Below are positions 1 to 10,764 of a DNA stretch of 64,000 nt, piece by piece. Position 1 is the stretch's first letter, and the number at the start of each line of letters is the position of its first letter. The translations under genes were made by a program, and so were the position numbers. This stretch comes from Paramoeba atlantica (lineage: Eukaryota; Protista; Discosea): assembly GCA_977017575.1 (NCBI GenBank), contig CDRNVI010000046.1, positions 1 through 64,000 on the forward strand, read 5' to 3'. The notes below the pieces were generated by a model. That model was not told the DNA's origin. It did no database searches and saw only the letters and a program-made list of their open reading frames with translations.

Positions 1-65
1 GTCCAGGGGGGGGGGTCCAGGGGGGTCCAGGGGGGGGTCCAGGGGGGGGGTCCAGGGGGGGGGTC
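1..65 (+). repeat. G-rich tandem repeat (TCCA-G6-10)x5
   Basis: Five units of TCCA followed by 10, 6, 8, 9 and 9 G. A shorter version occurs at about 34115-34145 inside the dispersed repeat family. Confidence 0.9.
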
Positions 66-509
66 ATACGTCGCGAATTTCTTTTTTCGAATTTTTTGCT
101 TTTCAAAATCGAGCGCAGGGAAGTGGTAGAGTAGGGAGCGGTGATAATTTTCCACCCCCCCACCCCTGGTACGCGCAGGAGGTGTCCGACAAGGTCAAAA
201 TTTACGAAATTTTTGGGGTGACCAAAGAAAAAGAATTTTTTGACCCAAAAAAAAGTAAATATACGTAAATATGTATTGTTTTTCCAAAGTCGACTCCTAA
301 ATCGTATTTGGAGAGTTTTGGACCTCAGCTACCATTCCACGACGTTTTTTTCGACAGATTCGACTCATGCCCCTACTGGTAAGGCATCCAAAACGACCCA
401 AATTGGGGCTGAAATTTCGCAATTTTTGTCGAAAAATCCAGCTTTTCCACCGAAAAAAATAGATTATTCATCTAATCCCCATCTTTCTTTTGCCGATTTT
501 TCTTTTTTA

Positions 510-604
510 GGCTCTTCGTTAAACGCGGTGGTAGTTTTCAACGTGAAGCGCGCAGCATGAGTGACTTCTAAGTTAAAAACAACCACCGCGTTTAACGAAG
601 AGCC
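510..604. repeat. ~95-bp imperfect palindrome (hairpin core of dispersed family), copy 1
   Basis: GGCTCTTCGTTAAACGCGGTGGT...ACCACCGCGTTTAACGAAGAGCC, ~33-bp arms around a ~29-nt asymmetric loop. Other copies at 1077-1171, 5749-5843, 10048-10142 and 34709-34803. Confidence 0.95.
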
Positions 605-678
605 TAAAAAAGAAAATTAAAGTTTCCTTGATTAAAGTTTTCTTATTTTTAATTTACCTTAATTTCCGTTTCTACGGT

Positions 679-761
679 ATGCGGTGCGGGCGTAGGTGCG
701 GTGCGGGCATAGTTGGTGTGCGGTGCGGGCGTAGTTGGTGTGCGGTGCGGGCGTAGTTGGT
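679..761 (+). repeat. 22-bp tandem repeat (GTGCGGTGCGGGCGTAGTTGGT) x~4
   Basis: Directly visible; the last unit runs into the tRNA-like head at 753. Confidence 0.9.
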
Positions 762-1049
762 AGACGGTGGGCCTTACAACCTGCAGGTTGTTGGTTCGAT
801 TCCCGCTATCGACAAAACTCGCAACCTGGCGGCCTCACTACAAGGGGAAAGCGATCAGGAGTGCCTTCAAGTCCCACACCCAACCCCGCTCCCCTGGAGG
901 ACCGACCCGGAACCGCCGAGCTGAACCAGGCTCCAGCGCAGACGCCAAATTGCGAGCCGCTTACGCAAAGGAGGCTTGAGATACAGCCTACACGATGCAA
1001 CGGGGTGGACGCCCGTCCTGGTAGCTACGGTTGGGTAGCCGTGCTCGGG
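753..1049 (+). mobile_element. tRNA-headed SINE-like / structured RNA element, 3'-truncated copy
   Basis: A-box-like GTAGTTGGTAGA and B-box GGTTCGATTCCC (793-804). The body closely matches 36824-37121. The copy is cut at 1049 by the palindrome family. Confidence 0.7.
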
Positions 1050-1076
1050 GTTTTCCAGGTTAAATTTTCTTTTTTA

Positions 1077-1171
1077 GTCTCTTCGTTAAACGCGGTGGTT
1101 GTTTTCAACTTAGAAGTCACTCATGCTGCGCTCTTCGCGTTGAAAACTACCACCGCGTTTAACGAAGAGCC
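1077..1171. repeat. Palindromic hairpin core, copy 2
   Basis: Same arms as copy 1; loop reads TTAGAAGTCACTCATGCTGCG. Confidence 0.95.
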
Positions 1172-1429
1172 TAAAAAAGAAAATTTGGTCTAGAAAGCTG
1201 AAGAAAACGGAAACATTATACAGTGGTTTCAGTTGATCTTGCCCCCCCCCTCGGAATTTTGATTTTTTTTATCCATTTTTGCTCATCTTTGCAGCATTGG
1301 AGAGATGTCGTTCCCCTAGCGAAGAGCTTTGCCGCCTTTTTTTCATAGAGACCTGCTGGTGCCCCCTGGGTCCGAAAAACACTGGTTTTTTTTGAAAAAA
1401 TCAAAATTCCGAGGGGGGGGGGGGCAAGA

Positions 1430-2160
1430 TCAACTGAAACCACTGGAGCTAAAAATAGCCGATTTTTGGGTAAAAATGGGGCGATTTTTGGGTATATTTG
1501 CTCTCAGAGCGCTAAATCCGACTTTTGCGTGCGGGAAATCACTCGTAGGCAGGAATGAAAGCCTACCAAACGTATTGGGTGGAGGATGCGACTCCAACCA
1601 CACCATTCTTTCGACACAAAAATGCCCCTTGGGGTCCGAAAAATATTTTCCACCTTTTTTAGTCAAAAATGGGCCATTTTCGCGGGCATACCACGGCTCG
1701 AAGAAAAGATAGCTTGCGAAAACAACTGCGGAGAAAGCTAATATAGGTCCCAAACTATCAAAATACAATAGGGGAAACGATTTTGGAAAATATTTTTTTT
1801 GCCATTTTTTTCGCCAAGTTGAATTTTTTTCGAAAAAATCCGGACTTGGCGGACCCGTCCTGCGGATACGAGGCGGGGTCACCCCCGGGTAGGGGGGTGG
1901 AAAATGCGCGCCAAGACCCCGGCTACCCCTTCTGCGGGTTTGTTTCGAAAAAAAAAATTTCAAAAAAATTTCGTGCGGTATGCTCCCCCCCTAGACCCCC
2001 CATTTTTTTCAATTATTTCAATTTTGGACCACCGGAGCCCCCTTTTATAATTTTTTCTTCTATTATATTACTGTGTTCCTCTTTATATTTTCACTGTTTT
2101 TGTTCACTTTTTTTCATTAATCGAGGGTAGAGCGGTAGTTTTACAACCACCGTAATTATA
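1430..2160 (+). repeat. Dispersed composite repeat family (non-coding)
   Basis: Blocks such as GGGAAATCACTCGTAGG...GCGACTCCAACCACACCATTCTTTCGACACAAAA and CTTGGCGGACCCGTCCTGCGGATACG recur at ~5900-6190, ~9710-10040(rc), ~33820-34700(rc), ~34850-35150, ~35490-35810 and ~37730-37945. Confidence 0.9.
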
Positions 2161-2811
2161 CCTCCTAGGTATAATAACCTGGACGGTGGTTTATACTGAA
2201 AGTTCTTAACCAATATTGAATATTGGCTAAATAAATAATGAGAATATTATTCTCATTTTATTCCTTTGCCCACTAAATGCATTTTACTTATCTTAAGAAC
2301 CCAATTACAGTGTTATATTTAATTACGGTATTATTTAATTACGCTTTTAAGGTTATTTTTGGCTAAAATTAATCATAATTAAATTAACCGTAATATAAGC
2401 CACTCGGAAATTAATAATTTTTGAACACACTTTTTGAGTAACTTTTAAGCACCCAAGCCATTGGATTCGTCTGTGATCATTTTATAAAGGTTTTCGTATG
2501 AAAGTGAGGCCGATGGTGATAGACATGAAAGAAAAGTATTTTTTTTCGGGGCTAAAAATAATCTTAATTAAAAATAACCGTAATTAAAAATAGCCGTAAT
2601 ATAATCCACTCGTATTTGAATACTTCACTGTAACGTGAAGACTTACTTTCTATATGGACTAACATTTCATTTTGGACTGATGAATGGGAGTTGTCCGCGT
2701 CCTCCCGATCGCCAGTTCCCTATCGCCAAGTTTGATAGACATTGCGACTCAATAGGTCTGCTAAGTTTTCTTTTGCGCTTCGCGTTCCGGTATCACGTGT
2801 ATATTGTAATA

Positions 2812-3800
2812 AAGGGGGGGTTCGTCTATTATTAACAAACTTTTTTGTTAATAATAGACGGTTTGTTAATAATACACTGCCGACTAATATTATTGAGTTT
2901 TTAATTATTGGCGAAGCTCTGCAACTTTTATTTAAAAAATCATTAATTTTTGTGCCAGTAATTTTCGTAGAAATTTGTACTTATCGACAAACAATAGAAG
3001 TTGTTAGTAGAGGGGCGGAAAACCCCAAAATTAGGTCAAAAGGGTTTTTTTCTCCCAAAAAGATTCAAGAATTTTTACGGGGAAGAAAGTTGCTTTTTAC
3101 CAAAAAATTACTATCCTTAGGAAGTACAATAGGTGTCCCTAGGTATAGCCCGGACGGTGGTTTGCATCTCTCTAATCTTGTCAAATGCGTTGCGAAGGGA
3201 AGGTTATTAAGAGGTCATTAAGTCGGAGGGGGATGCGGGTGTGATCTCGCATGATCTCACGACCGGGTGCTGACATAAAGCCAATCTCGCTCCTCCTGCG
3301 TCAAATCCTCTCATAAAATTTGAATTTTTGTGTAACATCTATGGCACTCTTCTCTAATATCTTGGTTGCCAAGATCAGACCTCATGAGAAATTCAAAAAT
3401 TGACCAAAAAGATAAAAAAAATGTTTCTCGCCAAAAATTGACAACTTTTAATTAAAAAAACAATAATTTTTGTGCCATGAATTTTAGCGATAATAATTTT
3501 GGGCTTGGGTGTAGATGAAATAATACCCCCTTTTTCAATAATAGATGAACTTTTCATCTATTATTAACAATCGACCTTTTCGGCTTATTTTCGGCTTGTT
3601 TCCTACCCTTGCCCCCAAGAATAACCCCACTTTTACGAAAAAAAGCTCCATGAAAGTTAGGTTTAGCGGATTTTCCTTTAGGGAAGCTGAGAAAAATGAA
3701 GAAAATTAATTCTTGTTAATAATAGATGAATGTTAATAATAGATGAAATAATACCATTTTTAATAATAGATGGCTGTTAATAATAGACGAACCCCCCCTT
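2812..3800. mobile_element. Nested MITE-like element, 26-bp perfect TIRs with subterminal repeats
   Basis: AAGGGGGGGTTCGTCTATTATTAACA (2812-2837) and its reverse complement (3775-3800), TA on both sides; many GTTAATAATAGAYG subterminal copies. Confidence 0.85.
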
Positions 3801-3811
3801 TAGGCAAAATC

Positions 3812-4024
3812 GTTTAATATTCTTGCAAGCACTTCGGATATATGCGCTGATTCAGACCACTGTTTTCTAATCGCGTATTCGACGCTGGTATTATCTATCA
3901 TAAGTCGGATGATGCTTCATGTTCGCCAAAAGGTTGAAAAGGATGAAATCGCGCGTTCCACCTCCAGGGTCTCCGCTTTGTTAATCTCGATCTCTGTCTC
4001 CCACTGGGCTCCGGTAGCGTAAAC
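3812..4024 (-). pseudogene. RNase H fragment of a YR (VIPER/TATE/DIRS-like) retroelement
   Basis: My translation: VYATGAQWETEIEINKAETLEVERAISSFSTFWRT*SIIRLMIDNTSVEYAIRKQWSESAHISEVLARILN. It aligns by eye with the RNase H at 47451-47900 (ITGEAW...EVNRAEAAAV...VFVDNTS...ELREVL). Confidence 0.65.
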
Positions 4025-4585
4025 CTACCGCGCGTTCGAATCATCCGCAAAAGAAGCGATTAAAAGACACAGGAGAGGAAAATACCAAAGTGTCAACAGG
4101 CGAAGAACTCAAGGAAAGCCGTCAGAAGACTGCGATAACCAACAAGACAACAAAGGTATTGTTAAGTTCACGACCAAATAAGGGCAATAAGAAAGTAAAC
4201 GTAACAAAAACATGAAACGTGACCTCTTTCATGTGATAACGTGATTTACATAGGGGGTGCAGTTTAGTTCCAATATTTTCTTTGTATCGTTGCAAGATTC
4301 AGAATCAAGATGTGAATTAATCCGTTTGCTGTCGTGCTCACATCGGTAAATGCTAATTTGAGTATTATAGTGTTAAACCCTGTTCCGGGTTAATGTGCCT
4401 ATAGCTACTTATTGTGCCGGGGTGGACACAATAACCCGGAACACGGTTTAATTTGAATAATGTAGCTCCGTGGGTAGCGAAAAATGTGGTTCCGGTGGAT
4501 GATAACGCAAAAGTTTGTCTAAAATCCGGTCCTCCATGGCAAGAATTGGCGATTTGAATATTAAACCACCGTCCGGGTTATTATA

Positions 4586-5160
4586 CAGGGGGGATCAGCT
4601 AAATCTGGGGGGGGTCTTAAATTTGTAAAAGCTGGCCAATTTTGGAAAGTAATACTGCATTCGATAACTCTCGAATAGCCCTCTTGGGGAACCTATGACG
4701 TTTCCCGTGCTTTTACGCACATCACTTTTAGATAAAAATTAAGTTTCTTCGGGGTGCAAAATTTGTATTTTTTCACATTTTTTTACTTTTTTGCCTGTTT
4801 TTTCCCATTTTTGGAGCATTCATACCACAAAGACTGGTGCACTCACATTCTTCTCGAAGGAAATTCTCGGAGAGCCGTTTCTTACCCTCAGATAAAACAA
4901 AACTAACGCATATAATGTTGTTCGTTCAAGATTTGTCATTTCACCTTTTTGCAATTTTCTAGAAAAAAATGCAATTGACTTTTTTGAACCACCTGTCATT
5001 TTACAAAAATGTTATCTATGCGGGAAACGACATAGATTCCACAAGACTTGTAGATTCCACAAGAGGGCTATTCGAGAGCTCTCGAATGCGCTATTATTTT
5101 CCAAAATTGACCACTTTTTACAAATTTTAGACCCCCCCCAGATTTAGCTGATCCCCCCTG
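4586..5160. mobile_element. Tc1/mariner-type MITE, ~100-bp TIRs, TA target duplication
   Basis: TA|CAGGGGGGGATCAGCTAAATCTGGGG... and ...CCCCAGATTTAGCTGATCCCCCCTG|TA; arms 4586-4686 and 5060-5160. A diverged solo right end lies at ~5615-5701. Confidence 0.9.
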
Positions 5161-5748
5161 TACATTGGAAGGCGTGCGCGAGCGGAGGGGACTTCGTTTT
5201 CTGGGGCTTCAGGGGTAAAAGAATATGAAATGCCACAAATATTAAAAGTTTCGTGGTTATCATACCCTAACTGATCAAATCTCTTGACTATGTCAACCTG
5301 ATTTCCTGGTGAGTTTCCCTCATCCAATGGAACATTGAAAATTACGCGCGGTGAGGGGAAAAGATTGCGTTGCTTCGTAATCGGCAATAAAAAGCATGCG
5401 CCAGATTACGTTTACGTGTCCAGGCGAACAATATGCTCTTTCAGAGTGTTTATCGGGCGATCGTCCTCGATCCCGTTTTGTGGCACAAATCAGGGGAGAA
5501 ATCAGAAAAACTGTGAAAACTGCAAAGTTTTTTCTATCAAAAAACAAAGTTTTTGATGTGCTTTCAAAAAGCCAATTAACGCGGATTCCATGAATGCACG
5601 TTCATGAGCCTGTCCGAGAGCTCTCGAATGCGCTATAACTTTCCAATTTTAGACCGGTTTTACAAATTTTAGACCCCCGCACATCCAAATTTACACCCCT
5701 GTAAGTTCTGCACCTGTCTCTGATGCAGTAGGGGGGGGCACAATTTTA

Positions 5749-5843
5749 GGCTCTTCGTTATACACGGTGGTTGTTTTCAACTTAGAAGTCACTCATGCTG
5801 CGCTCTTCGCGTTGAAAACTACCACCGCGTATACCGAAGAGCC
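5749..5843. repeat. Palindromic hairpin core, copy 3
   Basis: Same arms and loop as copy 2. Confidence 0.9.
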
Positions 5844-6276
5844 TAAAAAAGAAAAATTGACCTGGAAAGCTGAAGAAAACGGAAAGATTATAGACAAGAA
5901 TATAGCTAAAAAAATAGCCTATTTTCGGGTAAAAATGGGGTGATTTGTGCGTATTGAAATGGGGTCAATTTTGGGTATTTTTGCTCTCGGGGCACTAAAT
6001 CCGACATTTGCGCGTGGGAAATCACTCGTAGGCATGAATGAAGGCTTTCGGAACGTAATGGGTAGAGAATACGACTCCAACCACACCATTCTTTCGACAC
6101 AAAAAGGCCCCTTGGGGTCCGAAAAATACCTTTTCACCTTTTTTGGCCAAAAACGGGTCATTTTGGGAGGCATTGCACGGCCTTTCTAAGCCAAAAAAGG
6201 GGCGTAATAACCGATCATCCCATATTCGCCAGGGGGGCTCAACCTGTACAAACGTCCTAACACAGACCTGCTCTGT

Positions 6277-6330
6277 TCGGCGTAACTTTGTGCTGTTCGC
6301 GGCCAGTCGTGTCAAGGCACGATGAAACAT
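6277..6330 (-). pseudogene. Truncated KAP-like gene copy (first 18 codons)
   Basis: MFHRALTRLAANSTKLRR, then unrelated sequence; the upstream flank duplicates that of the 6881-7381 copy. Confidence 0.8.
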
Positions 6331-6880
6331 TTGTTATAGAGATAAGAAACAGGTTAGATAAATTATTTTGAAGCGAGATATGAAATTTCAGAGAAATAGT
6401 ACGACAGCATTGTACACCACATTGTTGCATTCTTTGAGTTTCAAATCAAGTTTGACTTGCTTAGCGTAAAAGTAACAAATAAAATTCAACTCTACCAAAC
6501 GCAATGATGAAAAAAGTAATAACTATATAAAGCAATGAAGATAAAGAAATTAGTCTAAGCGTTGGGCCTCTTTCTGTATGGTAGTGTACGAATACCAGAA
6601 CTATTATCACTAAAAAGTAGACATTGTTGCTCGAACATGTGAGACTGGACAATTCTTAGAGTCTTTGTTTGAGTACAGTATAAGTATCTTTTGCTTTGAG
6701 TGAACATAAAACGAATCTATGTGGTGTTACATACGATTTCATTAAGTGCATTGTATTTTCCTGTGATTAATTCATGACAAACATTTCAATCATCCATGTA
6801 CATCTAAAAGGTTGCTGCTGTACGTTTCTCTGTAAACAAGATAAAATTTTATTTTACGATAAAGATTATTACTTGGAAAT

Positions 6881-7381
6881 CTACTTTTGCTTACGTACTA
6901 ACTTTTCAATGAACGCTTTGCCTTGTTTGCGACGCTTCGCTGCTTCCAACTCTAAAGACTTTTTGGCGCTTGATGACAGGTTCTTATATTTTGCAGAAAC
7001 CTGCTTTGATACTGCACGAAATAGCTTCTTTCGATTCTTGAAATTTGGGCGTTCTGCTGCGTAAATAACTCCCATATGCTTCTTCACAAACAAACCGTAG
7101 GATGTGGTGCGTGCATTTTTCACCTTCAATTTCAAAGACTTCTTCTCTTTTGCATTCTTGGCAGCAATCTTTCCGAATGATTTTACCTGAGCCCGACTTA
7201 ACTTCTTGAACGCAGCATGCGCAGCCTTCAGCTTAGTTCCCTTCTTTCCTTTAAGGAACTTCGACATAAAGACACTCCTGGGAGTAGCAGGCAAGGAGCG
7301 TGTACCCCATGGTTTCTTGACGAGTTTTCGGCGTAACTTTGCGCTGTTCGCGGCCAATCGTGTCAAAGCACGGTGAAACAT
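6881..7381 (-). CDS. Kinetoplast-associated protein-like (KAP3/KAP4-type) basic two-HMG-box protein, copy 1
   Basis: 166 aa, Lys-rich, N-terminal MFHRALTRL resembling a mitochondrial presequence. Two HMG-like modules: PRSVFMSKF..AFKKLS and TSYGLFVKKHM..KYKNLS. Confidence 0.7.
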   Translation of the reverse strand: MFHRALTRLAANSAKLRRKLVKKPWGTRSLPATPRSVFMSKFLKGKKGTKLKAAHAAFKKLSRAQVKSFGKIAAKNAKEKKSLKLKVKNARTTSYGLFVKKHMGVIYAAERPNFKNRKKLFRAVSKQVSAKYKNLSSSAKKSLELEAAKRRKQGKAFIEKLVRKQK

Positions 7382-8281
7382 TTGTTATAGAGATAAGAAA
7401 CAGGTTAGATAAATTATTTTGAAGTGAGATATGAAATTTCAGAGAAATATCATATCACATCGTACTTGCTTAGCGTAAAAGTAACAAAAAAAATTCAACT
7501 CTACCAAACGCAGTGATGAGAAAAGTGATAACTATGTAAAGCAATGAGGATAGAGAAATTAGTCTAAGCGTTGGGCCTCTTTCTGTATGGCAGCGTACTA
7601 ATACCAGAACTATTATCACTAAAAAGTAGACAATGTTGCTCGAACATGTGAGACTGGACAATTCTTAGAGTCTTTGTTTGAGTATAGTATAAGTATAAAA
7701 CAGTTCGGTGAAAGGGGACTTTTTTCCCCCGAAAAAAACTTGAAATTTTTTCATTGTGGTTTCTCAAACAAAATTTCAGTATTATCCAAGTGAGTGATTA
7801 AGCATCATATTTTTTGCTACTTACACGACTCCGCTCTATCTTTTTTCTTTGCACAGGCTGTAAAATGTATGACAGTATCATTTTTTGTAGTTGGGAACCT
7901 TGGATGACGTGATGACAGAAGCCTGTACCGTACGATGTGAGTTGAGGAGTTCTTGTAATCCGCTGTTTAAGGAATTTGAAATTATTGTCCAGGCTCAGAA
8001 CCAGAACCAAGATAGAGCTCATAAGTTTTCTTGTTTGGTGTATTTTATTAAGGGAAGTACATGTACGAAGTTAAAAGAGTTTTTTTTGGGGGAAAAAAGT
8101 CCCTTTTGACCAACAATTCTATATGATGTTGCATACAATTTCATTAAGTGCATTGTATTTTCCTTTGACGAATTCATGACAAACATTTCAATCATCTAGG
8201 CACATCTAAAAGGTTGCTGCTGTATTTTTGCATGTAAAAAAAGTTAACGTTCATGTAATAAAAAATTGGTCATTCAGAAGT

Positions 8282-8785
8282 CTACTTTTTTTTACGCATT
8301 AACTGTTCAATGAACGCTTTGCCTTGTTTGCGACGCTTCGCTGCTTCCAACTCTAAAGACTTTTTGGCTCTTGATGACAGGTTCTTATATTTTCTCAAAA
8401 CCTGTTTTAATACTGCACGAAATAGCTTCTTTCGACTCTTGAAGTTTGGGCGTTCTGCTGCGTAAATAACTCCCATATGCTTCTTCACAAACAAACCGTA
8501 GGATGTGGTGCGTGCATTTTTCACCTTCAATTTCAAAGACTTCTTCTCTTTTGCATTCTTGGCAGCAATCTTTCCGAATGATTTTACCCGAGCCGGGCTC
8601 ATGTTTTCAAATGCAGAATGCGCAGCCTTCAGCTTAGGAGTTCTCTTCTTTCCTTTAAGGAACTTCGACATAAAGACACTCCTGGGAGTAGCAGGCAAGG
8701 TGCGTGTACCCCATGGTTTCTTGACGAGTTTTCTGCGTAACTTTGCGCTGTTCGCGGCCGGTCGCGTCAAAGCACGGTGAAACAT
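8282..8785 (-). CDS. KAP-like basic two-HMG-box protein, copy 2
   Basis: 167-aa paralogue of 6881-7381 with scattered substitutions; downstream flank also duplicated. Confidence 0.7.
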   Translation of the reverse strand: MFHRALTRPAANSAKLRRKLVKKPWGTRTLPATPRSVFMSKFLKGKKRTPKLKAAHSAFENMSPARVKSFGKIAAKNAKEKKSLKLKVKNARTTSYGLFVKKHMGVIYAAERPNFKSRKKLFRAVLKQVLRKYKNLSSRAKKSLELEAAKRRKQGKAFIEQLMRKKK

Positions 8786-9382
8786 GTTTGTTTTAGTAAA
8801 AGAAGAAAGTGGAAACAGCTTACAGAAGGTGGATTAGATACACTATTTGAAAAAAATCGTGCAACTATAGAGAGGGGTGAAACCTGCAGAAACGTGAGTT
8901 GGGCAGGAAAAAATACTTACAAGTAGTCAAATTTGAGATTTAGGTTAAAAGGACCCAGACGTGCGCATTTTTCACATTTTTTTAAACTTCACCATTTTAT
9001 AAAACATTTCACTCTAAGCTAACTTGTACACGTCTACAGTACATTTGCACGTCCAGCAAGAGTCTACGTAGAGGATATAAACGCCTGGCCAAAATAAGGC
9101 ACCCCCCTCCAAAGTTTCAATACTTCGCTTGTTTGAGCTAATTTTTGTAGCATTTTATAGATCTCAATACAAAGATTTTGCGCGTTAAGAAACGGAACAA
9201 AAAATCCAAAGTGCATACATTTGAAAGTCTGATTACGACATTTTCACCCTGTTAAAATTTTCAAAAAAAATTACTCCTTTTTAACGAAAAAGTCTTCCCC
9301 CCTCTGAGAAATTCAACTTTTTTCATGTTTTTTTGCTCATTTTTGTTGCAAACGAGAGATCTCGTTTGCCTCACGAAGATGA

Positions 9383-9694
9383 TTGCTGCCCTTTTTTCAC
9401 GAGCGCAGACTAGACAATCCGGATAGCTACTACATCGCATTCGAAATTGGAGCACGAGGACTCCCTAACAGCTCCTGTCGCTACCTCGACGCGATATTCC
9501 AAGGGGATCGAAAACGAGCAAAATCATGCAGGGAAAGCATGAGTTTGATGGCCGGTCGGGCCAGCTATATTATCTGGTCTCGAAGGAATGAGATCGAGTG
9601 GACTGATGAAAACCGCTCTGCTTGCTAAAACAAAAGGTTGCTCGTTGTATGCGGGTCATACACCTTTATATCTCTACATTATGTATGAAAAAAA
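9383..9694 (+). mobile_element. 5'-truncated non-LTR retrotransposon (RLE C-terminus, 3'UTR, A-tail), third subfamily
   Basis: IAFEIGARG...SCRESMSLMAGRASYIIWSRRNE matches the C-termini of the two long elements (EVGARG...RGSF.IFQ.R); ends ATCTCTACATTATGTATG-A7. Confidence 0.85.
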
Positions 9695-10047
9695 CAAACT
9701 TCGCAAGATATCCCTTCTTGGAGCCGTGGTGCGACCCTCAAAATGACCCATTTTTGACTAAAAAAGGTGAAAAAGTACAGTATGATGTGAAAAAGTACTG
9801 TATTTTTCAGATCCCTATGGGCCTTTTTATGTCGAAAGAATGGTGTGGTTGGAGTCGCATTCTATACCCATTACGTTCAGTAGGCTTTACTTCACGCGTA
9901 CTAGTGATTTCCCACACGCAAATATCGGATTTAGTGCTCTGAGAGCAAAAATACGCAAAAATGATCCCATTTTTACACGAAATTCGGCTATTTTTGGCTA
10001 TAGTCTTTCCGTTTTCTTCAGCTTTCCAAGCCAAATTTTCTTTTTTG

Positions 10048-10142
10048 GGCTCTTCGCTGAACGCGGTGGTTGTTTTCAACGCGAAGCACGCAGCATGAGT
10101 GACTTCTAAGTTGAAAACAAACACCGCGTTTAACGAAGAGCC
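10048..10142. repeat. Palindromic hairpin core, copy 4
   Basis: Same arms; loop reads GCGAAGCACGCAGCATGAGTGACTTCTAA. Confidence 0.9.
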
Positions 10143-10415
10143 TAAAAAAGAATTATTGTTAACATTGAGGGAGATACGGAGTATCTAACTCGCTTACTAA
10201 GGTTAATTCCAAAAACTGAAAAAGATCGCCAAAAAAACATAAGATCGAGGTTTTTCAAAATTCCAAAACGTAGCAGTAGGTCATTAGATGAACTCTTAAA
10301 TACTCTAAAAAACATCTAAAACAACCTTATTTCCCAAATTTTAGAACATTTTTCGTAAAAAAAAGTGCGTGTGCAAAGGTCTGCGATACGACAAACTGGT
10401 TGACTAAGGAGCGTC

Positions 10416-10493
10416 CTTTGAGTAGTCCAGTTGGTAAAGGGGTTCCATTTTGACGCTGGACGTCCGCGGTTCGATTCCCGACATCGACATTTT
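10416..10493 (+). pseudogene. tRNA-like sequence with A/B boxes and TTTT
   Basis: TAGTCCAGTTGGTAAAG...GGTTCGATTCCCGACATCGACATTTT. Acceptor and T stems do not pair fully; the 3' end resembles the SINE-like head (ATCGACA). Confidence 0.6.
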
Positions 10494-10700
10494 ACTAAAA
10501 CAATCAAAAAAAAATTATTTGCTCAAAATCGCAAAAAAAAAACAAATTGGGAACAATTTTTTTTTCAGATTTTTTTTCTCGAAAACGTGGCCAGTTGGCC
10601 ACCAAAAGCACGGTTTGCATTTTGTATATGTATAGAGAGAAAAATAATGAGCAGGTCCGAGTGGTAGTGTGCAGCTACAGTGCCCGTGAGAGAGTAAGTG

Positions 10701-10735
10701 AAGATAAATAAAGATACAGTTTCTGTACCTTGTTG
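10701..10735 (+). other. Spliced-leader exon copy (35 nt) forming the 5' end of retrotransposon 1
   Basis: AAGATAAATAAAGATACAGTTTCTGTACCTTGTTG. It contains GATACAGTTTCTGTAC, the conserved kinetoplastid SL core as recalled for T. cruzi, ends in TTG like SL exons, and is not followed by the GTA of the SL intron. Confidence 0.8.
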
Positions 10736-10764
10736 TACTAACTGTTATCCTCCCCTACTGGGGC

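Larger units (their letters stand above)
2172..4583. mobile_element. Non-autonomous DNA transposon, 22-bp TIRs, TA-flanked
   Basis: TAATAACCTGGACGGTGGTTTA (2172-2193) and its inverse with 1 mismatch (4562-4583); TA at 2170-71 and 4584-85. Related internal motifs at ~3143-3163, ~4375-4395 and ~4431-4450. Confidence 0.75.

Noticed and set aside
1-65. Telomere
   Set aside because: The G-rich strand is on + at the left edge, the wrong polarity for a left telomere, and the same motif occurs internally near 34120.
240-2130. ORFs in the repeat family (also 5900-6200, 9800-10130, 33800-38300)
   Set aside because: They are low-complexity translations of non-coding repeats, and frames are not conserved between copies.
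10416-10493. Functional tRNA gene
   Set aside because: Acceptor, anticodon and T stems do not pair properly. The same applies to the heads at 753, 23692, 23824 and 36824.
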